Shown one piece after another: positions 1 to 6,908 of a DNA stretch of 19,778 nt. The position numbers and the translations under genes are program-made. Below the pieces are notes generated by a model that was given only the letters and a program-made list of their open reading frames with translations, was not told the DNA's origin and did not search any database. This DNA is from Candidatus Caldarchaeales archaeon (GTDB lineage: Archaea; Thermoproteota; Nitrososphaeria_A; Caldarchaeales; Wolframiiraptoraceae), in the NCBI GenBank assembly GCA_039630055.1, contig JBCNVN010000027.1, positions 1 to 19,778 of the forward strand. Reading direction: 5' to 3'. Numbering within the stretch: position 1 is the stretch's first letter; each line of letters starts with the position of its first letter.

Positions 1-168
1 CTTGGGGCTTCTCTCAGGGGAAGACTGTTTCCAGTGTTATGCCTGGGGCATCTCTGGAGGCGGTCAGCCTCGAACCACTGAGACAATAGACTCCATAGAC
101 ATCATGGAATCCCTTAGACTTTAGACGACTGTAAGCGTTTCAGCGGTCTCAAACGTTACATTAGAGGT

Positions 169-356
169 TTAGAAGGGTTCTAATGCTTCAGCCAACCTCT
201 ATAGGCTCATGTAGAGCTCCTCACAACAGCCGGGTTCAAGACCCTTAGCCCTCAAAAGATTATGGGGGTGCTCTCCTCAAGGCTTGGCTCGGCCGCATCC
301 TCCAGAGCTTCCTTGAAGTCTTCTCCCAGAGGCTCTGGAGGGCTTGGTGAAACCAT
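169..356 (-). pseudogene. possible decayed small gene
   Basis: ATG at 356 after an SD-like GGGTGG gives MVSPSPPEPLGEDFKEALEDAAEPSLEESTPIIF* (252..356). Protein-like sequence continues in another frame (LRAKGLEPGCCEELYMSL*RLAEALEPF*) with an internal stop. No family recognised. Confidence 0.2.
299..341. repeat. 10-bp perfect inverted repeat CCTCCAGAGC-N23-GCTCTGGAGG
   Basis: Arms at 299-308 and 332-341. CTCTGGAGG also occurs at 52-60. Confidence 0.6.
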
Positions 357-477
357 AAGCCTAGATCCACCCGGTGTTGGTGGGTGGTGATGGTTTATGG
401 GAGTAGCCTTGCTTGCCGAGCCTTCTCTGGGGAGGAGAACCTTCAGGAGCTCTGCATGAGCCTAGGAGGTGGTGTGT

Positions 478-591
478 ATGGAGTGGGAGGAAGAATGGGA
501 GGAAATTGAGGAGTGTGAAGATCTTGAGGAAGAGGAGGAGTTCGATGAGTTCGATGAGCTCGCAGAGTTCTTCAACAACCAGAGGTGGTGA
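478..591 (+). CDS. 37-aa highly acidic micro-protein (not in ORF track)
   Basis: SD GGAGGTGG at 465-472, ATG 478, TGA 589-591. MEWEEEWEEIEECEDLEEEEEFDEFDELAEFFNNQRW. Confidence 0.55.
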   Translation: MEWEEEWEEIEECEDLEEEEEFDEFDELAEFFNNQRW

Positions 592-597
592 ACGTAG

Positions 598-744
598 ATG
601 GGGATGATGCAGAAAATAAGAGAGGTTTTCGAGGATGCCGTATGTCTTCTACTGCGTCCATCGCATGAAGTGAATCCGATATGGCTTATGATACTTGTCA
701 TCTATCTGCTGATACCAACAATATTGATGTTGATTGGTGAGTGA
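598..744 (+). CDS. 48-aa small protein with one predicted C-terminal TM helix (not in ORF track)
   Basis: SD GAGGTGGTGA at 582-591 overlaps the previous stop. MGMMQKIREVFEDAVCLLLRPSHEVNPIWLMILVIYLLIPTILMLIGE*, with a hydrophobic stretch of about 20 aa. Confidence 0.5.
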   Translation: MGMMQKIREVFEDAVCLLLRPSHEVNPIWLMILVIYLLIPTILMLIGE

Positions 745-764
745 GGATGAAGAGGTGAGGGATA

Positions 765-1739
765 TTGGCTAGGCGAGGTAGATATAGACCAGTGGAGCTA
801 AGAATAAAGCTGTACGAAGAGGTTCTAAGATTATATGAACAAGGATTAGGGTACAAGAAGATTGCTAAGGAGATTGAGAAATTGTATGGTGAGAAGCTAT
901 CTAGATCGACGATATCTTACTGGGTTAAAGGTTTGCATACGCCATACAATGGTAGAAGATTTCCATCAATAGAGTTTCTCAAACCATCACCGCAGCTGTC
1001 GTATATTATCGGAGTGGTGATGGGCGACGGATTCGCAAGGATGAAGAGGAATAAGGGGTACATTGATAACATTATCGAGCTTGAAACAAAAGATATGGAG
1101 TTTATTGCCGAGTTCTCAAGATGCTTAGGGATGGTCTTAGGCAGAGACCCGCCGAGACTGAAATATGATGAAGTGTATCAGCACTATTATGTCTCGGTGA
1201 AAGACAAGACGCTGTTCGAGCTGCTGCATGAACGGGACTTGGAGAAGATAAAGCCCTTCGTAGAGCGCTGCGATGAATGCAAGGCAAGCTTCCTGCGGGG
1301 ATTCTTCGACTCAGAGGGATGCATGAGCAGGAACGCATTAACGGTATGCAATACGAACTACGAGCTGTTGCTATACGTGATGAGGCAGCTGGCAGAACTG
1401 AGCATAGAGGCAGCAGGACCGTACCTGAAAGGGAAAAAGGGGACGGTGCTCAAAGATCCGTGGACGGGAAAAGAATACATTCGTAAAAAAGATTTGTATT
1501 TTGTGAGGGCGAAGAGCCTTCTAACGTTCTATCTGAAGATCGGCTTCACGATCAGGAGAAAGCAGGCGAGACTCGAGGAGCATTTAATAAGACGAGGGCT
1601 ACTACTGCTCGCAAGCCCCCAACCTGCTCCTACCCTTTTTGTCATATTTTACTATATAAGCATTACCGAAAAGTTTATATATTATCGCCCCGGCCGGGAT
1701 TTGAACCCGGGTCCCGGGCTCGACAGGCCCGTATACTAA
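765..1739 (+). CDS. free-standing double-motif LAGLIDADG homing-endonuclease-like protein with N-terminal HTH
   Basis: TTG start after SD GAGGTGA. HTH-like GLGYKKIAKEIEKLYGEKLSRSTISYW. LAGLIDADG motifs LSYIIGVVMGDG and FLRGFFDSEG. No intein splicing motifs. The tail reads antisense into tRNA-Asp. Confidence 0.85.
   Translation: MARRGRYRPVELRIKLYEEVLRLYEQGLGYKKIAKEIEKLYGEKLSRSTISYWVKGLHTPYNGRRFPSIEFLKPSPQLSYIIGVVMGDGFARMKRNKGYIDNIIELETKDMEFIAEFSRCLGMVLGRDPPRLKYDEVYQHYYVSVKDKTLFELLHERDLEKIKPFVERCDECKASFLRGFFDSEGCMSRNALTVCNTNYELLLYVMRQLAELSIEAAGPYLKGKKGTVLKDPWTGKEYIRKKDLYFVRAKSLLTFYLKIGFTIRRKQARLEEHLIRRGLLLLASPQPAPTLFVIFYYISITEKFIYYRPGRDLNPGPGLDRPVY
1667..1681 (+). promoter_or_regulatory. BRE/TATA-like element pointing into the tRNA 3' end
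   Basis: CGAAAAG-TTTATATA matches the archaeal BRE-TATA consensus. Confidence 0.4.
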
Positions 1740-1759
1740 CCGGACTATACTACCGGGGC
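1686..1759 (-). tRNA. tRNA-Asp(GTC), intronless, CCA not encoded
   Basis: Reverse complement folds as GCCCCGG TA GTAT AGTCCGGTTA GTAT A CGGGC CT-GTC-GA GCCCG GGAC CCGGG TTCAAAT CCCGG CCGGGGC G, with discriminator G. Confidence 0.97.
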
Positions 1760-1968
1760 TCAATATATCTTGTTCTTTAGGTATTTATCAACCTTTATTT
1801 TTTCGTGACCCTGTTTTTCCTTAGATTTGGAGATAGGTATCCTCTCAAGATTTTCAAGGTAGCTCCATTTATTATGTAATATTTTCTCGGATTGTTTTTA
1901 ATTATTTTCCTTTTAGATGGTCTTTTTTTGAATATTAATCTTTATATCTGGTTTCCGTTATTCTTTTT

Positions 1969-2598
1969 TTGAAGGGTTTAGGTTTGAAAGAATCTTCGGC
2001 TGTAGTTTTTGCTAATATGAAGGGATTTAGAGGGTTTGAGCGAGGCCTCGTACCTATAGGCGGGAAGCCCATGATAGAGTATGTTCTAGATGCTATCCCA
2101 GACCAGGTATCAAACATATCAATAGTTGTTGATAGTGAAGAGAAGGCTAAAGCATATAGAGATCTAGCAGAAAAATATTGGGCTGAGATTATCGTCTTAA
2201 ATACTCTGTCTAAGACTATTAGAAGTCAAATAGACTTCGCTATCTCATCCGCCTCTGGAGAGAACGTACTGATATTACCATGTGATTCACCTTTAGTTAG
2301 TAGAGAGTTTACAAGCTTCTTGATAGAAACTTCAGAAAAATTTTCAGCTGTCTTACCAAGGAATCAAGCTAGAGAGACGGTATATATTATGGCCGCCTAT
2401 CAGAAGAGGCCTTTCATGGAGGCATTCTCGAAGAATCCTGAAGACGATATGGACTCTCTAGTAAAGAAGGTTCAGCGAGTTCTATATCTTTCAAGCAACA
2501 GTTTAAAGATATTTGATGAGCGGCTACTAATGTTTTTAAGAGTGTATAGTCCATCAGATGTTCAAAGAGTAGAAAATATATTGAAGAGAAGGGTATGA
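1969..2598 (+). CDS. MobA-like NTP-transferase family protein, divergent N-terminal motif
   Basis: LVPIGGKPMIEYV, LILPCDSPLV and C-terminal FLRVYSPSD resemble MobA motifs. The LAGG motif is absent. Exact start uncertain. Confidence 0.7.
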   Translation: MKGLGLKESSAVVFANMKGFRGFERGLVPIGGKPMIEYVLDAIPDQVSNISIVVDSEEKAKAYRDLAEKYWAEIIVLNTLSKTIRSQIDFAISSASGENVLILPCDSPLVSREFTSFLIETSEKFSAVLPRNQARETVYIMAAYQKRPFMEAFSKNPEDDMDSLVKKVQRVLYLSSNSLKIFDERLLMFLRVYSPSDVQRVENILKRRV

Positions 2599-2690
2599 AG
2601 ATACTTTGATAAGAGCTTTAATTATATTCTGACAAGATCTATACTCAATACTCTTTAAGGAGAATAATATAATTATCTTAATGAATTAGT

Positions 2691-3683
2691 TTGAGATTAA
2701 GTCTTGGAAAAATCGATAGAGAATTGTTAGAAGAGGTCGTCTTTAGGAAACTCGGTGCTAGGAGGCGAGACATAATTCTCGGACCATCATTCGGTGAAGA
2801 TGCTGGAGTAATCAAGATAAACAGTAAACATATCGTTGTTTCATGTGATCCGATAACTGGAGCCTTGGAGAAGATAGGCTGGCTTGCAGTACATGTTAAT
2901 GCAAACGATGTTGCGGTATGCGGTGGCATGCCCCGATGGTTCTCCCCCATAATACTCTTAAATAAAGGTTCAGGAAAAGATGAATTAGAGAAGATCGTAG
3001 CCGAGGTACATGATGCTTGTCTAGAACTAAATGTTGGAGTATTGACAGGACATACAGAAGTTTCTCCAGGAATCTCCCATCACGTGGTTAGCGGGTATAT
3101 GATGGGGCCACTTATCACTAGTAAGCCGATCAGGTCTAGTGGTGGAAGACCGGGAGACGTATTGGTAATGTCTAAGAGCGCTGGGATTGAAGGGACCGCT
3201 ATACTGGCTAGAGATTTTAGAGAGAGATTGGTAAACAAGATATCTCGTGAGATTCTAGATAGAGCTGAGAGATATTATGAGAAGATAAGCATTGTTAAAG
3301 AAGCCTTAAAATTAGCTAGGAGGAGGATCGTATCGGCTATGCATGATCCGACTGAGGGTGGACTGGTTGGAGGAGTATATGAGCTGGCTGAAGCAAGTAA
3401 TACATCTTTCATAATATATGAAGACAGGATACCAGTATCTAGAGAGACTAGGTTGATATGCAGTATACTCGGATGTGATCCTTTGAGATTGATAAGTTCA
3501 GGGGTTCTACTAGCAGCCATCAATAAAAAGTATCTAAGATCGATAAATCTTTTAGGGTTTAACATTATTGGAGAATTGAGGAAAAAGACTGAGGGAAATA
3601 TACTAGTACGATCTGATAAGAGTGAAGAGAAAATATCATCGCCAATACGAGATGAGCTCTGGAGACTCTATGAAGAAATTTAA
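2691..3683 (+). CDS. AIR synthase-related (PurM/HypE/ThiL/SelD superfamily) protein
   Basis: GEDAGV, SCDPITGA, NANDVA, GHTEV, MHDPTEGG motifs. Ends DELWRLYEEI, without the HypE PRIC terminus. Confidence 0.85.
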   Translation: MRLSLGKIDRELLEEVVFRKLGARRRDIILGPSFGEDAGVIKINSKHIVVSCDPITGALEKIGWLAVHVNANDVAVCGGMPRWFSPIILLNKGSGKDELEKIVAEVHDACLELNVGVLTGHTEVSPGISHHVVSGYMMGPLITSKPIRSSGGRPGDVLVMSKSAGIEGTAILARDFRERLVNKISREILDRAERYYEKISIVKEALKLARRRIVSAMHDPTEGGLVGGVYELAEASNTSFIIYEDRIPVSRETRLICSILGCDPLRLISSGVLLAAINKKYLRSINLLGFNIIGELRKKTEGNILVRSDKSEEKISSPIRDELWRLYEEI

Positions 3684-3786
3684 ATTCATTATTCAAAATA
3701 ATTTATGTTAACTGGCTAGATTAAGAATGAAAGTTTTAAGATGAGGTTTTATTATAGTTGGGGGAAGTTTTGAGGGGTGGAGAACG

Positions 3787-4491
3787 ATGCCACTGGCTTC
3801 AAAGATATTCGAGGTCAAGCCGAATATTCCATTAGAAGAGATCGCAGAGAAATTAAAAGATTATAGAATCGTTGAAGAAAGAGAAGAAGAAGATATGAGT
3901 TTCGAGCTAGTTACAGAGGTTAGAGACCTCGACCTTAAAGGAAACATGTTGTACGGGGTTTTCAGTAAGGATAAGATTATCCTGATACCTCAGAGGGGTA
4001 GGAATTTACCTGTAGTTAAGACTACTGATGCGAGAATAATCTTTAGAAAAGAGCATGGTACGATACTGCTGACTGTTGTCCAGGAAAAACATTTCGCTAA
4101 TGCAGTTGCTTCTCTATTATCTAATCACCTATTTCTGAGTTATCGTGCGATCGTCGAGGGAAGGATCTCTCCAGACGTTATGAGAGCCTTCCATGAGAGG
4201 AATCCAGAGAACACTAAGGTTATCTATTTTGACGACCTAGATATCCCGGAGGTTAGCAAGCTTGCACTATATGGTGAGAGCGTCAAGAACTCAGCACTAT
4301 ATGAAGAATATCTAAAGCATGGTAAAGTATGGTATATAGTCTATCAAGTTCCAGGAACAGCCATAGTTATGGGGCTTACAAGAAACTGTGTCGTAACCTC
4401 CTTCACGAGAATTGATGAATCAGATTTCATAAAATACATTCATAAAGAGATACATCCACTAATCTATCAGAGTATAAAAAAGCAAGATTAG
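3787..4491 (+). CDS. hypothetical protein (234 aa, soluble)
   Basis: Long ORF with SD-like GAGGGGTGG and host-like codon usage. No motif recognised. Confidence 0.8.
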   Translation: MPLASKIFEVKPNIPLEEIAEKLKDYRIVEEREEEDMSFELVTEVRDLDLKGNMLYGVFSKDKIILIPQRGRNLPVVKTTDARIIFRKEHGTILLTVVQEKHFANAVASLLSNHLFLSYRAIVEGRISPDVMRAFHERNPENTKVIYFDDLDIPEVSKLALYGESVKNSALYEEYLKHGKVWYIVYQVPGTAIVMGLTRNCVVTSFTRIDESDFIKYIHKEIHPLIYQSIKKQD

Positions 4492-4509
4492 AGATAAATA
4501 TATCTCTAA
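4488..4509. repeat. 9-bp perfect hairpin overlapping the stop codon (possible terminator or operator)
   Basis: TTAGAGATA-AATA-TATCTCTAA. Confidence 0.45.
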
Positions 4510-4598
4510 AACAGTATTTTTAAGATTAGGACCTAGCATGTCTAGGATTCATGATCCTTCTACTGGAGACGATACTCTCTTTGGAGGTATAATCTAGA

Positions 4599-5510
4599 AT
4601 GGAGAAGGCTGCCGCATCTGCTCCAGGCAAAGTAATATTGTTTGGAGAACATTTCGTAGTATATGATAAGCCCGCTATAGTCTCAGCCATAGATTTGAGG
4701 GCCCGAGTAGAAATATCAATCTATAGTAGGGAGGGGGTTTGGCTGAGAGAGAAGAGGATGAGTAATCATCCAGCTGTTAGAGCTGTAGAGTACATTGTCC
4801 AGAGTAAGGGATTTAGCTCAGGCCTAAACATTAAGATATCCTCAGATATTCCTCCAAGCGTAGGGCTCGGTTCATCTGCTTCAATAGCTGTTTCATCTGC
4901 TGCAGCAGCTTCATTGATCGTTCTAGGTAGATTGGATAGAGAATTGGTTGAGGAAGCAGCATTTGAAGGTGAGAAGATTGTACACTATAATCCTTCTGGG
5001 ATAGATACTACCATAGCATTGAATGGTATGGGAGGATTGTATAGACGATCAATAGGTTTCACAAAGATAAACATACCTATAGAGAAGATTCTGATAATTG
5101 ATACTGGAAGGATGCGTAAGACGGGTGAGATGGTTAAGAGGGTTAGAGAATATATGGAGAGGAATCCAGAAAGATTTAATGAACTTTTGATGATCGAAGA
5201 AAAGCTGGTAAATGAGGCATTAGATATGTTTAAGATCGGAGATCTAGAAGGTGTTGGAAGATTGATGTTGAAGAATCAAGAACTTCTAAGAGAGGTGGGC
5301 GTATCATCTAATGAGATCGAGGAAACTGTAAGACTTGCCTTAGCATCTGGTGCCTATGGAGCTAAGCTTACAGGCGGAGGTGGGGGTGGATGTGTGATAT
5401 GTCTAGTTGATGAAGATATTATGGATAGAGTCTCTAAAAATATTTCTAGATTTTTCAGAACATATGTAGTTAGATTGTTGGCTGAAGGTGTCAGGGAGGA
5501 GAAGGTTTGA
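4599..5510 (+). CDS. mvk: mevalonate kinase
   Basis: APGKVILFGEHFVVY, GHMP motif PPSVGLGSSAS, PSGID, GAKLTGGGGGG. SD GGAGGT. Adjacent to ipk. Confidence 0.93.
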   Translation: MEKAAASAPGKVILFGEHFVVYDKPAIVSAIDLRARVEISIYSREGVWLREKRMSNHPAVRAVEYIVQSKGFSSGLNIKISSDIPPSVGLGSSASIAVSSAAAASLIVLGRLDRELVEEAAFEGEKIVHYNPSGIDTTIALNGMGGLYRRSIGFTKINIPIEKILIIDTGRMRKTGEMVKRVREYMERNPERFNELLMIEEKLVNEALDMFKIGDLEGVGRLMLKNQELLREVGVSSNEIEETVRLALASGAYGAKLTGGGGGGCVICLVDEDIMDRVSKNISRFFRTYVVRLLAEGVREEKV

Positions 5511-6283
5511 GAGAGCTGATAATACTGAAGCTTGGAGGGTCTCTAATTACCGATAAGAATAAACCATTCTCTCTTAGGAGAGAGGTTATTGAAGATATTG
5601 GGAGAGAGCTGAGAGAAATCTCCAATATCTATATGATAATCGTCCATGGCGGTGGATCATATGCGCATCCGATAGCTAAACGCTATAAAGTATTTGAAGG
5701 CTACAAGACTCGAGATCACCTGAGAGGATTCCTAGAGACCGCTAAGACAGTCCGTAGACTAAACAATGAAGTTGTCGAGACCTTGGTAAACTCAGGTTTT
5801 CCATGTATAGGTATTCCAGCTTCAACCTTTATCGTGACTAGGGGAGGCAGGATAGAGACATGTAATTTAGACTCTTTCTTCTCAGCTTTAGATATAGGGA
5901 TTACGCCGGTAACATGTGGAGATGCGGTATTCGATAGAGAGTTGAAGTTCACAGTCCTATCAGGCGATACAATAACATCATATCTATCAACTAGACTTAG
6001 AGCGAAGAAGGCTATATATGCTCTAGACGTGGATGGCGTATACATTAGAGATAGAGTAAGTGGGGATATCAAGCTTGCTGATAGACTTAGCCCCGGAATG
6101 CCTATAGAGACTTTCAAAACTTTGGAGGAAGATGTTACGGGAGGGATAATTAGGAAGATTGAAGAGGGATTTGTAGCTGTAGAGAGTGGTGTTGAAGTAA
6201 TTCTATTGAACGGGTTGGTTAGGGGCAGGATTAGATCAGCGATCTTAGGAGAAGAGGTTGTAGGTACTAGGCTAGTCTTCTAG
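5507..6283 (+). CDS. ipk: isopentenyl phosphate kinase
   Basis: Amino-acid-kinase fold LKLGGSLITDK, HGGGSYAH (IPK His), LSGD, DVTGGI. TTGA overlap with mvk. Confidence 0.92.
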   Translation: MRELIILKLGGSLITDKNKPFSLRREVIEDIGRELREISNIYMIIVHGGGSYAHPIAKRYKVFEGYKTRDHLRGFLETAKTVRRLNNEVVETLVNSGFPCIGIPASTFIVTRGGRIETCNLDSFFSALDIGITPVTCGDAVFDRELKFTVLSGDTITSYLSTRLRAKKAIYALDVDGVYIRDRVSGDIKLADRLSPGMPIETFKTLEEDVTGGIIRKIEEGFVAVESGVEVILLNGLVRGRIRSAILGEEVVGTRLVF

Positions 6284-6906
6284 ATTTCTATAGTCTGCTC
6301 TGAAACAAATTCTTCTAACTTTATATTATCGGCCAGTTCTTCAGTAATTATCCCTCTCTCGACCAGTAGCCTCCGAGCCAGATACCAGAATGCGCTGGGG
6401 AGAGCCATCCTACCCCTATTGTTCATAGGTATCACTAAGTCAATATCATTTGTAGTGTTATCTGTGCTGCACATAGCTATGACGGGTATCCTCGCGATCT
6501 TAGCCTCAAATACTGCTTGAGTATCATATCTTGGATCAGAGATTAGTACTAGTTCAGGCTCCATATATGTCTTCAGCATAGGGTTTGTAAAGATCCCGGG
6601 CTCGAATCTCTCGGTTATCGATATGCATCCAGTCAGTTCACAGAATCGCTTTACAGGTCTAACTCCATAAACATGCGTCGAGACTACTACTACTTTCTCA
6701 GGAGGATAGAATGAGATAAATCTTGCAGCAACATTCAGTCTCTCAATAGTTTTACTTATATCTATCAAGTAGACTCCGTCTGGTCTAAGCTTGAAGATGA
6801 ACTTCTCCATATCTCTAACTTTTATCTGGGAGCCTAGATGTAGACTATTCTTAACCAATATCTCTTTTACTTCTTCAGCTTTCAGAGATCTACTATCTCC
6901 CGACAT
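6280..6906 (-). CDS. rps2: 30S ribosomal protein uS2
   Basis: HLGSQ, RPDGVYLID, RFEPGIFTNP, DLVIPMNNRG. Confidence 0.95.
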   Translation of the reverse strand: MSGDSRSLKAEEVKEILVKNSLHLGSQIKVRDMEKFIFKLRPDGVYLIDISKTIERLNVAARFISFYPPEKVVVVSTHVYGVRPVKRFCELTGCISITERFEPGIFTNPMLKTYMEPELVLISDPRYDTQAVFEAKIARIPVIAMCSTDNTTNDIDLVIPMNNRGRMALPSAFWYLARRLLVERGIITEELADNIKLEEFVSEQTIEI

Positions 6907-6908
6907 CT

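Noticed and set aside
413-701. ORF-track ORFs 413..607 (+) and 462..701 (-)
   Set aside because: Ser-rich alternative-frame and antisense shadows of the GAG-rich acidic peptide. The SD-supported frames are 478..591 and 598..744.
1102-1486. ORFs 1102..1338 (-) and 1277..1486 (+)
   Set aside because: Nested in the GC-rich part of the nuclease gene, with no motifs.
765-1739. Intein or tRNA/rRNA intron-encoded endonuclease
   Set aside because: No N-terminal Cys/Ser splice block, no His-Asn end and no extein. The tRNA is complete and uninterrupted.
2691-3683. Calling this gene hypE, thiL or selD
   Set aside because: Lacks the HypE C-terminal PRIC and the SelD Cys/Sec, and there is no hydrogenase or thiamine context. 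Only the superfamily call is supported.
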